From NCBI GenBank assembly GCA_964016885.1, contig OZ024741.1, positions 227,540,001 through 227,604,000 of the forward strand: a DNA stretch of 64,000 bases, given 5' to 3'. Below, piece by piece: positions 1 to 13,150 of this stretch (positions are counted from its first letter, which is position 1; each line of letters begins with the position of its first letter). The translations under genes were made by a program, and so were the position numbers. Source of the stretch: Eledone cirrhosa. Lineage: Eukaryota. The notes under the pieces are model-generated. The model did not search any database. It saw only the letters and a list, made by a program, of their open reading frames with translations, and was not told the DNA's origin.

Positions 1-189
1 CCGTACATATACAGTATAGTGGTAACCAAGACTTTGTGAATGTATATATGAAGGTACACGCTGAGTCTTTAAACCTGTAAACATGCCAAGTTCCAGTATT
101 TCCTTGCAAATTGAAAAAATAATAAATATACTTAATCGACATTCGAACATTTTTGCGTTCGCAACATATGATATGTATATTATCTAAAC

Positions 190-330
190 TAAAGGTTCTC
201 AATGGGGGAATATGCCCCCCCCTCCCTGGGGTGGGTGGGGGTGTTTCGTGGGTCCAGGGGGGCGTTATGCAGTAAGGGGGCGTTAGGGGGCGTTTGAAAC
301 TTTGGGGGTGCTAGAAGCCCCTTTAGTTTG
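190..330 (+). mobile_element. Possible degenerate hAT (Charlie-like) DNA transposon end
   Basis: AAGGTTCTCAATGGGGG...GCCCCCC followed by repeated GGGGGCGTT resembles the CAGNGGTTCTCAA terminus and G/C-rich subterminal motifs of Charlie-type hATs; no partner end found. Confidence 0.3.
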
Positions 331-830
331 GTAAGTTTTATAAGTCATATTTGTACGTCTCTTAGACAGCTAGTGTGAATGGATTTGAATGAAGAAAATG
401 AAGAAAATAAATAAAAGAAGCTTGTCACCGAATTCCCTAGGGAGATAAAAGAAAATCAAAAGAAATCAAAAAGAATGAAAGTAAGGACTACTTCAACAGA
501 AATGACAACAAAAGAAGCAATGGTGGTGAACATACACACACATACATACATACATACATACATACATTCACACACATATATACACACACAGGCCGGCGTT
601 AGTGTTTGATGAGGTTGAGAACCCGGCGAGCTTTCAGCCAGAAGTGTGGTATTTAATTTCCCTAGGTAATAAAATCTGGCGACAAAAATGTTCTCCTTAC
701 CAAAAAAGAACACATAGATCATATCAACATCCTTACACACTTAAATATAAATGAATGTATATATACAAATGTATAAATGCATAGCTATATACATATGTAA
801 ATGTATGCATGTATATATGTATGTATGTAG

Positions 831-866
<36 letters not shown>

Positions 867-925
867 CTACATTAATCATATTTATGTATGTAGATTTTTA
901 TATATATATATATAAATCTACACAC

Positions 926-956
<31 letters not shown>

Positions 957-1775
957 CACTAGCGTTAAAGCCCGGCGTTGCTCGGGGTCAGTAAGTTACC
1001 AAAGTTAGGTTGCACCACCCATTTTATGGCAGCACTTTTTTGTCTGCCAGGCACTGGGTGAATGAATTGCAGACCTGGACTGCCGAAGCAGGAGCTGCGC
1101 CAGCAGTGACAATTGTAGTTTCGCCTATTGATATTATCTCTGTGCAAAGAAGTGTTGAAATTTATTGTTTCACAGTACTTGCGCAACACGCGCATAGACA
1201 ATGCCAGCCGAACAACAGAGTTGCGATGTAGTTGTTCTGCATGACATGTTTTAACGAGGGAGGGGGCGGAATGAGGGAACCGCAAACAGGGCCTGAAAAC
1301 ATTGTCGAATTATGACAACCAAAAAAGAGGAAGAGGGGTCATTGTATGGTTGGTGCATCATGTACGTCGGACGTAGATGAGCCTGCTGCTGTGCCGACGG
1401 AGGGAGGGAAATAGAGCTGATCAGAGGCCAGGTGTTGGTGAAGTGTGAAGTAATTGCAGGGAACCGCCTAAAAATGTTAATCCCGTCATTAAAGCATTGT
1501 TCACCCTTTGAGAGTCGTACGGAGGTGAAATACTAACCTGTCCACGGTCCTCCGAGGCCCACCAAACGGGGGTTGGTGAAGAGCAACAGCTGATATTTGA
1601 ATCGGGTCGGAGTTGCAATGAAGCTTTGTAACGCCGCGAGAATCAGCCTTTGTACGACCGATGGTGGGGAGTGTCTAGTGCACTGCAGTGAAGGTTAACC
1701 TACTTAGAGAGTATTCACGAAAAGTAAAAAAATAAAAAAAATAAAAAAGTTATAAAATTAGGAAGCGAGGTAATC

Positions 1776-4700
1776 CTATAAAACCTCCTTGTACACAATG
1801 TTTTTTGTTTTTCCTTGCGCAACGACCGCGAAATCATCACTCTTGCTGCCGACACGCGAGCAACCAACGTAAAGCTGACCATGAGAGAAACACGGCTCCC
1901 CCAAATGTATTCCGGCGACAGACAGTGTTTGCCCCTGCGATTTGTTAATTGACATTGAGAAGCATGGCCTGACCGGGAACTGGGACCTCCGAAATGTGAA
2001 AGGTAGGTCTGCTCCTGATGGGAAAAGATGCATCCTCGGTATGAGCACAGCCTTGCCCCGACCGCACCCTGTGATTATCGTGACCTCAATCAGACTTAAC
2101 GACCAAACGTGTGCCATTGCATTGTTTCAGCGGAACCAAATTTCGAATGAGCATTATAGGGGCACCAACTTTAAGTTTCAAAATGTGGGGGGTAATCCGG
2201 GGGGCTCAAAGGAATTTAGTACCTCTATTGGATAGTTGATGACGTCCCCGGGGTCAGGAGTTCTATCGATAGACTTATATATGTAGCTATCCCCAGGAAT
2301 GAGTTTTAGCATTTGATCATTAATATGGTTAACAGTTTTATTCCTCGGGGCCAGAATAGCCCTTTGGGCAAGCCAATCCATATTCTGATAATTTGCTTGT
2401 AGATCTGGGAACACTGCATCCCTGAGATCAGAAGGCGTACTAACAACGGTACAAAATAAGTCTATGGCAATATTACCCTTTTCATCCCGGGCGTTTTGCC
2501 TTCGCCAAGTGCAAGGAGGGTGTGGGAAAATGCTGCTGATGCGATATCACCTCGCATATGAGCACGCATGTTAGTGTGAAGTTTCAGAGTCTTCAGCAGG
2601 GGCCACAATGCGGATGACTTAAAACGCACGTACTGCATCAGCTCTAGTCCCCTTGGGAATAACGGGAAGCATTTGCCTGAAGTCCCCAGAAAGAAGAAGT
2701 GTTATGCCTCCCATTGGAGCCGTAGAGTCTTTGATGTCTCTCAGAGTTCTATCTAGCGCCTCAAGAGCACCTCTGTGGGCCATCGTGCATCCGTCCCAAA
2801 CGATAAGCTTGCATCGTCTGAACACTTCTGCTTGATCGGAGCTCTTACTGATGTTTCAAGTAGGTGTCTCAGTCTTCGCTATGTCAAGCGGGAGCTTGAA
2901 ATAGGAGTGGCTGTCCTGCTGCCCGGCAACAAAGTAGCCGCAATTCCAGATGATGCCACAGTTAAGGCAATGCCTTCTGTTCACCTAATCTCAGCTAATA
3001 TTAATTTGGTGACAAAAGTTTTCCCAGTCTCCCCAGGAGCGTCCAGGAAAAAAATCCCCCCAGCTTGGCTCCGAACAGATTTAACAACGGTGTTCTAAGC
3101 GAATTTCTGTTCTGGAAGGAGCTTTGGCTCATTTTCCGCTATGTACTGGGCAAGCTCGTCAACATAATAAGATGTCTCACGCAGCAAATCCGAAGACAGA
3201 GTGTTTGTGCCTTCCCGGTTTATTGAAGGTAGGCCATACACCGCCAACGCACTACCGCCCATATCGAGAACAGTATCTTCAATTTCAAGCAGCGCCCTGT
3301 TGTAAATGAGGTCACTGTACCCGACCTCCATCGATGGGTTTAGCAACTGAGCGTGACGCAGGAAATCTTCAGACATGTAATCTTTGTAGCTAAGCCATGA
3401 ACAGTTCTTTGGCCCAAAACATCATGAAGGAGAAGGCGCAGATGAAAACACTAATGCTGGTTGGGAGGTACAGTGTACACTCTTCCTAGACAACTGTCAA
3501 ACTTGACATCAGGATGTCCTTCAACATCCTGACCTGACTTCTTACGCACCCAAGTGTTGTTTGACCACACGTAGTAGGACAAGACCTGAGGATATGAAAG
3601 TGTTTTGGCAAATGTGTCAATTTGGCAAAGCGTAAAAAAAACAGTCAAAGTTGTTTCTTTGGGATTGACCGCCAAATGAGCAGCAGTCTGTTCAGTAAAG
3701 TAAGCCCGCTGGCCGTTTTCCAAATGAACTGCTAGTTGTATGATGACGGGGTGCCTTTGGTGAAGTGGAAACCCGAATATCCGCCAAAAAGCTTCACCAC
3801 TGCTGATATATCGACCTGCCAAGTACTCCGACACCTCGTCCCTGCTATTGTCGTTTTGAAGGCCGAACATGGCAGCGTCGGAACCCTTGTTAACATATTT
3901 ACATATGTACTTCATCGACTTCACTCAATGACAGAACTCCACATCTATATGAGCGTTGAAAGTTTTCATCAGAAATGGACAGTACGGGACCACCCACCTA
4001 TTATCAACTTGATGACCCCGTAACGTCATAGTGAATCCATCGTTCTCAGGCCGCCTTCGTCTGTACAGTGGGTATCCGTCGCCGCCGGTCTGGGTCTCCT
4101 CAACAAACCTCTTTGGGTATCGTTTAGTGCACACATGGTCCTTGTGGCATGAGGAGAACTCTTGAAAACTGGAACCGCACGGACCGTGCACCATGTGTGC
4201 CTTCACAATATCGTACAGCTGCCGGTCAACAACGGGGTCCGGTATTTCTGCTGCGATGACGTCATCTAGAACTGTAGGGTCTATTTTGTTGACCAATCAA
4301 ACCAAAATGTGCACGTGTGGAAACCCTCTCTTCTGCCACTCAACAGTATACATGTGGCACCTAACAGGCCCGAAAACCTGCCTTTTTTTTAATTAGATCA
4401 ATTAACTTAACCAGCTTCTGCCTGAAAACCCTGGCAATAATATCATGCCGATGGCATACTGCTGCCCTGGGATAAGTTCCCGCGTAACCTCAACCCACTT
4501 GGGGTTACACGTAAACGTGATGAATAAATCGGGGCGCTCATAATGCCGAACGAACGTCATAGCGTCCTGTGTTCGCTCGTGCATGTACCCCCCCCCGTAT
4601 AGGTTGAGGGGAGAATGCACATTTTGCCGATGTTCCGGGGGTCAGTGTCATTCTTGATGCCGTCATGCAAATGGATGTAGGAGTCTGAGCGCAGCTGCTT

Positions 4701-6357
4701 CTGATTCAATTTTATGAAGCAAAGTCTCTCCGACTCCATCTTTGCAGCCATGTCAACTGCAAACTGGTGAAACAGTTCCCGTGACCTGTGCAGGGTGCTG
4801 AAATCGTTAGGCCTCGTCATGAAGCGGTATGAGTATAAAGACATACATGAAACAGTTTTAGATGTCGCAGCAGTGGGCTCGTTTGGTTTGCGCTGAGGAA
4901 TGCCGAAATGGTACCCGTCTTCTCCGTATGCAAAAAGAAGGGGATACTGCAGGGCGTCGTATGAACGATGCATCTCATTAATACGTCGAAGACCACGACT
5001 TTGACGAACGATGTCTCGTTTATTGTGCTGTTCACCATGGATAACTACGGCCACTTCATTGCACGAAGGAGCATTATAACGACGTGCGTGTTCCCCAGAA
5101 GGTCTTTTGTCAGCTTTGATGACAATGGTGACGTTTGGTGAAGGTTTGTTTCCAAGGCGTATTTGAAACTACGAATATAACTGTTGTGCTCATGAAGCAT
5201 GTTTTGAAGACCGAGCATCACGTCCCTGTCAAAAGTGTCAGCGTCAGTGTTTGCAGGTGTTGGAATAACGCCGAACCGCACATCAACTTGCCTATTGTAG
5301 TTAGAAATGAAGTAAGTTTTAAGGAACGAAGGCTTGCAATTTCGTAGTGGCTGCAGCGACCCAATAAGATGCTACACCTGCCCCTGGACCTTGAAAGTAG
5401 GCATCCAACCACTTTCTCTGACAACGTTAACCCCGAAAGAAGTCATTTGAAACGCACAATTGTACTTCCTGATGAGTTGAAGCAATCTGGATGACCTTGA
5501 GGTAGAACCAGTAAGTAGTTCCTTCAAAGGCTCTGGTGGTTCCCCAAGAGGGGGCAAGCTGACCTTACCGTTTAAGCAGCACATTGCAGGTGGCTCCCCA
5601 GCCTACTTTTTAGCATTGCAGAATTGGCAATTGAAGCGCATTTCCCCTATATTTATGTCGGCGCGCATCGAACAGTTAACGTTGGGCTCATACTTGAAAG
5701 CCCTTAGGTGCCAGTATAAGCTGTTGGGGCTCGTCACACCGCGGGCAGCTTCTCGTCATCGACTGTTCCGCTCCAACGTAGAATGTTGCTCCTGTGGGTC
5801 GAGGGAAGCTATCGCAGCAGTAGCAGAAGCCACCCTTGCAATCCTAATGGACCGCCCGTCTGCATCTTCAGAAGCCATGGAAGCAATCATAGCTGCAGCG
5901 TTCCTAGCAAGGTGATTCGTCCGCCATTCCAAACATTCCGAAGCCCTGGAAACAGCAGTAGCCGCAGCGTTTCTAGTCAGTCGAGTTGCCCTTTGTTCCG
6001 GGCCCTCTGAAGCCCTGGAAGCAGCAGTAGCAGCAGCGTTTCTAGCCAGGCGACTCGACCATTTTTGCGAGCCTTCTGAAGCCCTGGAAGCAGCAGTAGA
6101 AGCGTTGTTTTTGGAATGACGTATCGCCCGCTCTGAATCGCATATCGCAGCATATCGAGGCGTCGTATGAGGCCATCTTGGCTAGGCGTGCGTTGCGTTG
6201 TTGAAAACTTTCAGCAGCTCTGCATTCCGCTGAACGTAAGGCGCTCTGTGAAAGTCTTAAAGCAGTTTCCTCGGGGGACTCGTTTGCTGTAATCGCCCTC
6301 TGCGCCGCCGCTGACGCCTTATGGCGACCGAGGCGACTTCTCTTTTTAGGTGCCCAT
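1776..6357 (-). pseudogene. Helitron RepHel (HUH Rep + PIF1/SF1B helicase), many frameshifts and stops
   Basis: N-terminal MAPKKRSRLGR (after a 1-nt frameshift) and charged repeats; MCCLNGKV Zn region; YDALQYPLLF; PDLFITFTCNPKW (Rep motif 1); VEWQKRGFPHVH (HUH); KYICKYVNKG (Y2); DAPGETGKT; GGITLLLSGDFRQMLPV; QFPVRPCFSMSINKSQGQTL; FSHGQLYVGCSRV. Confidence 0.95.
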
Positions 6358-6739
6358 TTTATGTGAAAAAGAAAGGGTGAAAGTTACTTCTACAGCAAAA
6401 TTGCGTTTGAAAGTATAAGGCTGAAAACTGTAGGCGTTCTGCAGGGGAAAAAATGGGAGAACGAACGGCAAATAAATAACTCACAGTTTGTTGAAAGCGC
6501 GCTTCTGTCAGCAAGTGGAAGTTGTTTGGCCAAAAATCCCTATGTTGTTTTTTTTTTCACTCAATAAAGGTTTAAATACGTTTGTTATACACAAAATGTA
6601 ATTGGTTGTGAGTTGGCTGAGAGATGTTTTTAAAAAGATTTGTCGCTATCTTTTTGGTTGAGAGATGTTTTAAAAAAGAGAAATGTAATAAGTTTTCTTC
6701 GTTGTCATTGAAGTAAATAAATGTCGCGTATACAAATGA

Positions 6740-7078
6740 AGCGTATACAAGAGAAAGTTGCAGCATGTATGTATTTTTTTCGATTTTTAAGGGCAGTAGA
6801 GAGAGGAATTCAGATTGTATTAGATGGGTAAATCGTCTTGTATTTAACGTTTGTCTCTGTCTCTCACTCTCTCGCTCACTCCTTTCTTTTTTTTTCTCTC
6901 TCTCTCTCCTTCAGTTCTTTCTCTCTTCTTTCTTACGGATTCCTAAAGGAAGTTAGTAAGGAGGGAGTTTATAAGCGTATATAAGACAAAGTTTCAGCAT
7001 GCATGTATTTTTTCGATTTTTAAGGGGAGTAGAGAGAGGGTATCAGATTGTATTAGAGGAGTAAAACGTCATGTATTT
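6740..7078. repeat. About 105-bp direct duplication in the Helitron 5' non-coding region
   Basis: AGCGTATA.AAGA.AAAGTT.CAGCATG.ATGTATTTTTTCGATTTTTAAGGG.AGTAGAGAGAGG at about 6740 and 6973. Confidence 0.75.
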
Positions 7079-7252
7079 AGTTTTATCGATTATTTCCGAA
7101 ATTGTGGGTGAGTTTGAAAGGAATACATAGTCGTTGACCTAAGTTAGACCATTTACAACATTCTTACAGACACTGAGTCGAATCGGTTTGAAATTGTGCA
7201 AATGTATAAACAGGGAACATGCGCACACACACAACAATGTGCCTTTTATAGA

Positions 7253-7410
7253 TAATTGTTTCTACTTTTGGCACAAGGCCAGCTAATACCCAGTACATTA
7301 CTGGTACTTTATTTTATCGACTCTGTAAGTATGAAAGGCAAAGTTAATAACAGCGGGATTTGAACTCAGACCATAAAGGGCCGTAACTCTTTGCTGCAAA
7401 GCATGGCGTA
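7253..7410 (-). mobile_element. tRNA-derived SINE (octopus-type), 5'-truncated
   Basis: Reverse strand has B box GAGTTCAAATCC, core CTTTGCCTTTCAT...GTCGATAAAATAAAGTACCAG and 3' end GTAGAAACAATTA, shared with other copies in the window. Confidence 0.85.
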
Positions 7411-7703
7411 ATGATATATATATATATATATTTGAAAATGTATGGTATATTTAAAAAAAAGGTAAAGAATGACTTCACTTGTAGTTCACCCCACGCTCAT
7501 TAACACCCCCCACGGCACAACCAAATCTCTTATATATAGAGACACACATCACAACTCAACCTGATCTCAGTTTGACAAACACCACTGACGAATACAAGAA
7601 AGTTCTCCAGGAAAGTTAACCAGGAATCTTTAAAATTCTCCCCACCGAAGTTTACAAAGAACTTACTAGATCTACAAAGCCAAATTGTAAAGTTATAATC
7701 CTC

Positions 7704-7774
<71 letters not shown>

Positions 7775-7779
7775 AGAAG

Positions 7780-8050
7780 TTATATTTAATTTGTTGGGAT
7801 ACAACAAGCAAATATTTTTATAACTGATATAAAGCACTCAACAAATTTTTGGAGTAAAACACAATATATTAACAAATGGAAACTATATTTATAAAACCAT
7901 ATTTATTTCATTATACATATTTCAAGGACACCAAAGTAAATTATGGTGCGCTTTCATGAGATAAAATATAATATAGATCAGTTTTATAAACAAATATTGA
8001 CATACCCTTAAAGAATGCGACCATGTCGGTTGGAAGCTCCCGGATAAATT
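7780..8050 (-). repeat. Inverted copy of a PLE pseudo-LTR with mutated HHR core
   Basis: 7885-8045 is the reverse complement of 12770-12927; core reads CTCATGA instead of CTGATGA; same family as 46928-47130. Confidence 0.8.
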
Positions 8051-8074
8051 GGATAGTTGGAAGCTCCCGGATAA

Positions 8075-8151
8075 ATTGAAATTCCGTTATAACGAAATTC
8101 ACGGGGTATGAAAAATTCGTTATAATAGTATTCGTTGTAACGGAATCTTAC

Positions 8152-8154
<3 letters not shown>
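8075..8154 (-). mobile_element. pogo/Tigger-like Tc1-mariner terminal fragment
   Basis: Reverse strand reads TA|CAGGTAAGATTCCGTTACAACG with repeated (CG)TTATAACG motifs, typical of pogo-type TIRs at a TA site. Confidence 0.5.
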
Positions 8155-8205
<51 letters not shown>

Positions 8206-8307
8206 ATATATGTGTGTGTGTATACATATATATATCCACGACCTCTTCTCCTTCCTCACCTCCACCAAAGACCTTAAGCTACACTCACTCAAAGAAAAGA
8301 ATCCCCG

Positions 8308-8350
8308 GTCACTGATGAGGTCACAGAATGTGTGACGAAAGAACTTTGAC
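8308..8350 (+). ncRNA. Minimal type-I hammerhead ribozyme (PLE pLTR family A)
   Basis: GTCA-CTGATGA-GGTCACAGAATGTGTGAC-GAAA-GAAC-TT-TGAC; stem I GTCA/TGAC, stem II GTCAC/GTGAC; homologues at 41358 and 49502. Confidence 0.75.
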
Positions 8351-8596
8351 AATATATGAACAACCGTCCGTTGTGGAACCAACCAACCGGAAATTTATAA
8401 ATTTTTTTAAATTTATAATTTAATTTATAATAAATTGGAGTGAAAGTAACTGGTGCGTGTGTTTCTGATTGGCAACATGACCCTCCCAAAGTATAACAAT
8501 ATATATATATCAAAGGTATATATTGAGTTAAAACCTCACAATAGTCCCTTATAATTAAAATAGCTAAAGAAAAAAAATTTTCCGAGCCTTATAATA

Positions 8597-8663
8597 TAAT
8601 TGTTTCTACGTTAGGCACAAGGCCAGCAAATACCCAGTGCATTACTGGTACTTTATTTTATCG
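8597..8663 (-). mobile_element. SINE 3' fragment
   Basis: AATTGTTTCTACGTTAGGCACAAGGCCAGC...CTGGTACTTTATTTTATCGA matches the SINE 3' half. Confidence 0.8.
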
Positions 8664-8984
8664 AATATAATAAAGACAGACAAGCACAGATATTATACAC
8701 ACATGAGTTCATATCACAAGGGACCTATACCGCCAGAGTGAATAAGATACTAACTATGAACAATCCGGTTTGCCAGACTCAATTAAAAGGATAAATTATG
8801 AATTACAAACCGAATCATGATAACTATCACATCCAGACAGCCTTTGGTAGAACTGTTTCGCAACAAAGTGGAGAGAGTTACAAATCCGATTGCTCTTCAC
8901 TGGATGTACAGATTAGTACTCCCTTCACTTGATGCGAAAAAGTTCTACCAAAGGCTGTTTGGATGTGTTTGTATTGATTCGGTT

Positions 8985-9290
8985 TGTATTGCTTAATGGA
9001 GAAGGCGTTTCCCCGGAGGATGGTAAGAGAGATGCGCTGGAAGAACCATTCCCCCCCCCGCGAGGCTCACACATGCGGCTGGCCAGCTCAGCGCCTATGG
9101 TGGTAAGCAGAGAGGTAGCCTTAGGGGCAAGAACACCAGAAGTCTCCACTGCCAAGGGCACGACCGTGTACCTGTCGGAGAGCGACCGATACTTGGAAAG
9201 TTTACCCTCCTCAGCCCGAAGGGCAGCAGATCCTGGATTCGTCGCAGACTGCACCAGATTATGGCTGGGGAAGTGTCGCTGCAAGTGGTA
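8985..9290 (-). pseudogene. CRE-clade non-LTR retrotransposon, C-terminal restriction-like endonuclease fragment
   Basis: GSAALRAEEGKLSKY...VVPLAVETSGV...IGAEL...EPR, then after a frameshift WFFQRISLTILRGNAFSI; this is the AE..K..KY / P.A.ET.G / QR.S...RGNA signature of CRE elements. Confidence 0.75.
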
Positions 9291-9691
9291 TCCTAGACGA
9301 GGGTAACGAAAGTTTCATCACCAGTAATATCCTCCTCTTCCTCGCCACCACTACCGCCTCACCTTCACCCCCAAGCCCGCCAACCTCCACACCCACAACT
9401 CCCATCACCAAGACTCGTATCATCAACATCACCCTCAACACCTTACCATTTTCTTCCTTCATCCCTTCCTCTTCATCTTCAGCTTTCTAGCCTATCAGTA
9501 TTTTCCAGATAATTCCTTTAATATTGATTACTTATCATCTTTAATTTATTCATCTATATATTTTTGAAATGTCTATTTTTTTTAATGCCGATGTAAAAAA
9601 ACAAAAAAAAACAATAACAACAACAAACGTAAAATAACATCATAATAACTACAGCAAAGACAACAACAATACGATCAGTAGCAACATTAAT

Positions 9692-9780
<89 letters not shown>

Positions 9781-9809
9781 ACACATATATATATATATAT
9801 AAGTTTATC

Positions 9810-9948
9810 CCAGGTTCAATCGGGGGTAACCACAGTAAGTAAGGTACTCAATACAAAGCAGAGTATAAATATTTAATATAGAAATGGCTTCTACGGGACT
9901 TGAACTGCTTCATTCGGGAGAAGTCATCAGCCATTTTTATATTAAATA
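9810..9948 (-). repeat. PLE pseudo-LTR fragment with degenerate HHR
   Basis: Reverse strand ATGG-CTGATGA-CTTCTCCCGAAT-GAAG-CAGTTCAAG-TC-CCGT; homologous to 61392-61525. Confidence 0.6.
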
Positions 9949-9951
9949 TAT

Positions 9952-12950
9952 ATGGGATCATCCGATTCCGCTCAGGTAACGGATCTTGTGGGCCTTTTTA
10001 TAAATATTTCTCTACATAGAAAAATACCTGAGATGACCGGAGGTTTATATCGTGACGACATGCTATTATTTATTGAAAATAATAACTGTGAATTAAATAG
10101 GAAAAGAAAAGAAATTATACAATTTTTTAATTACCTTAATCTAAAAGTAGAAATAGAGAATAACCATAAAATAGTTAATTTTCTAGATGTAATATTAAAC
10201 CTTAACACATGACTTCATTATCCATTTCACAAACTAAACGAGACCTTAAACTACGTTAATTTTAAATCCGTTAAAAATACTAGAGTGAATTCTGTACAGC
10301 AACGCATTTCTAGAATTTCAGCTAATGATAATATATTTGATGATAAAGCACATTATTATAATGAAGCGTTATGTAGAGCTGGATATAGAAATAAAATTAA
10401 ATACATTGATAATAATAATATAACAACTAACCATAATCTTAACAATTTTAACAACTATAATAGAAAACCTAACAATAATTCGGAAAACAAAAAAAGAAAT
10501 AGAACTAGGAATATATTATGGTTCGCTCCTCCTTTCTCATTAAATATTAAAACTCCTATTGCTAAACTAATTTTTAAAGCTCTTGACAAATGCTTCCCTA
10601 GAACACATAGATATTACTCAATATTTAATAGACATACTATAAAATGAACTTATTCATCCACCAAAAATTTAACGCAGAATATTAATAGAATTAATAATAG
10701 AAATTTAAAACCTAACCAAAATACCACTAATAACCCCAGCAATATCTAATTTGATAAATGTAATTGTAGAAATAAATCTAACTGTCCGTTAAATAACAAT
10801 TGCTTAGCTAAAAATATAGTATATAATTGTAATGTAAAAACTAATTTAAATTCATTTAATTATGTAGGATCTACTTCCACAGATTTTAAATCTCGTTTTA
10901 ATAACCATAAAAGCTCTTTTACGCATTTCAACAAAACATCTTCAACTTCTCTATCTAGCTTATTATGGGACCTTAAATTAAAAAACGTTAAATATTCATT
11001 ACTTTGGAATATTATTTCAAAAGCTACTCCTTTTAACTCCTCTTCAGAAAATTGTGATCTTTGTATAGAGGAAATATTCTTTATGTTAAAAAGCAAAAAT
11101 TCCCTGAACGTAAGGAGCAATCTCTTCAGTTCCTGTAGACATAGATTGAACTCAACGTTTAAATATAAATTTAAAATGTAATATATAATTAATTCTATTA
11201 ATATATTGAACCTATCGATACATCATTAGATTCCTTCATTTGACTGCTTAAAACTCTCAAATATAAAAAAAAATTTTCCTAGAAAATCTTTCTAGATAAA
11301 CATACTGAAAGCTCTTAAAAGGGGAAAATATTTTCTTTGAAGGTTTCTCCTATTTTTGAAAGTTTCTCTTTTGAAAATGTCTCTTTCTTTTTCTTTGAAA
11401 ATTTCCCATATGGTTATAAAAATTAAGTTAAACATACTGAGAGTTAAATATTATATATAAGAAATTTAAATTTTTATACGAAATTTTTTAGACATATTCT
11501 TATTTTAAAATTATATCTTAAAATATTTTGTAATATTTTTAAAAATTATATTGCTTTAAAGTTATATTGCTTATAATTGTAAGAATATATTTCCAAATCG
11601 TAATATAATTCATTTTTATTTTATTTTATATATTATGTACTTCAATTATACTATGTACTTTATATTCATCTATATTTATATATATTTATATATATATCTG
11701 TATATATATATATGTATGTATATGTATATGTATGATGCATGTCTACCGGTATGTGTATATATTTGTATGTGTATCTATGTGGGGGTTGTGTATATGTACA
11801 TATGCATACAAGTCGAATGCACTCAGATATAAGGGTTTTCTTACGCTTTAATATATAAGCAAACTTATATATTAACAGTCACAACTACATAACAGGTGGA
11901 TTTATTAGATATAAATTTATAAAATTTATTAAATAATAACATAAGATTTGTATAATCTTAAATTTCATTTATTATCTTAACATTTATAACATTTAATATA
12001 AGTAAATAACTTAATTTCCTTCACGCTGTTTTGCTATTACATAGAAATGATTTTCTCCGGTTTTTTCTCTGATTTCTCCGAAAAATCTATAAGTTTAGAA
12101 AAATTCCTATATCTTAAACATAAAAAGTCCTTTATTGTAAGTATGTATATGTATGTATGTGTAGGTATATATATATATATTTATATGTATATGTATGTAT
12201 GTGCGTATGTATATATATGAATATATTCTTTTAATAATATATAGATTTTTTAATAATATATAGTTTTAATAATATATAGATTTTTTAATAATATATAGAT
12301 CTCAATTTTAATGTATAGATCTCAATAATTTAATTGATAATTTAATTGATAAACTAAACATTTAATCATATTTAAACACTGGATAAAATTCTCCAATTAT
12401 TATTATTATTTATTTATTTTCTATCCACGCTTATTGACTCTTCTTTACTCATCCAATAAATATTTATTTTTTCATTTCATCTTAAAAGTTACGCTAACAC
12501 AACAACCTATCACTTAGAGCTTTCTCTTTCTCTTTCTCTTTTTCTTTTTCTCTTTTTCTTCTCTTTCTCTTTCTCTTTTTCTTGTTTTCTTATTTTCCTT
12601 TTAGAGTTTGCTCTTTTTTCTATTTTCTCTTTCTTTTTTCTCTTTCTTTTTCTCTTTCTTTTCTTTTCTTTCTCTTTCTCCATACCCCAACGGCTTATTT
12701 TAAATCTACTGTGATTTAAACATATCCGACACTAATTTGCATAATAGAATAAATAAATTTATAACCCCACTATCCGGGAGCTTCCAACAGAAATGGTCGC
12801 ATTCTTTAAGGGTATGTCAATATTTATTTATAAAACTGATCTATATTATATTTTATCTGATGAAAGCACACTATAATTTAACTTGGTGTCCTTGAAATAT
12901 GTATAATGAAATAAATATGGTTTTATAACTTTAGTTTCCACTTGTTAATA
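9952..12950 (+). mobile_element. 5'-truncated Penelope-like element (YRDD-type RT, C-terminal GIY-YIG; possibly Hydra clade) with long AT-rich 3' region and pLTR
   Basis: MGSSDSAQVTDLVGL...GGLYRDD; VNFLDVIL; ILWFAPPFS; linker CNCRNKSNCPL; IVY...YVGSTSTDFKSRFNNH...CDLC...SCRH (ORF remnant 9952 to about 11180); HHR at 12849. Confidence 0.88.
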
Positions 12951-12960
12951 TATCGTATTA

Positions 12961-12991
<31 letters not shown>

Positions 12992-13083
12992 TTTCTCTGA
13001 TTTCTCCGAAAAATCTATAAGTTTAGAAAAATTCCTATATCTTAAACATAAAAAGTCCTTTATTGTAAGTATGTATATGTATG

Positions 13084-13090
<7 letters not shown>
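12060..13090 (+). repeat. About 100-bp direct repeat (12060-12160 and 12990-13090), partial-tandem PLE structure
   Basis: TTTTTTCTCTGATTTCTCCGAAAAATCTATAAG...AAGTATGTATATGTATGTATGT occurs twice, near-identical. Confidence 0.85.
12849..12913 (+). ncRNA. Minimal hammerhead ribozyme in PLE 3' pLTR
   Basis: TATTTTAT-CTGATGA-AAGCACAC...GGTGTCCTT-GAAA-TATGTA-TA-ATGAAATA; 8-bp stem I; self-complementary stem III ATATGTAT. Confidence 0.8.

Positions 13091-13150
<60 letters not shown>

Larger units (their letters stand above)
959..7252 (-). mobile_element. Full-length Helitron (rolling-circle transposon), coding region decayed
   Basis: Minus strand starts A|TCTATAAAAGG at 7252 and ends CCCGAGCAACGCCGGG hairpin (986-971) + 8 nt + CTAG|T (962-959); A-T target, no TSD; internal Rep and PIF1 helicase motifs. 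Confidence 0.92.

Noticed and set aside
9952-11180. In-frame TGA codons as possible selenocysteine, as described for some Naiad PLEs
   Set aside because: The endonuclease here is C-terminal (not Naiad), and the stops co-occur with frameshifts and TAA, indicating decay
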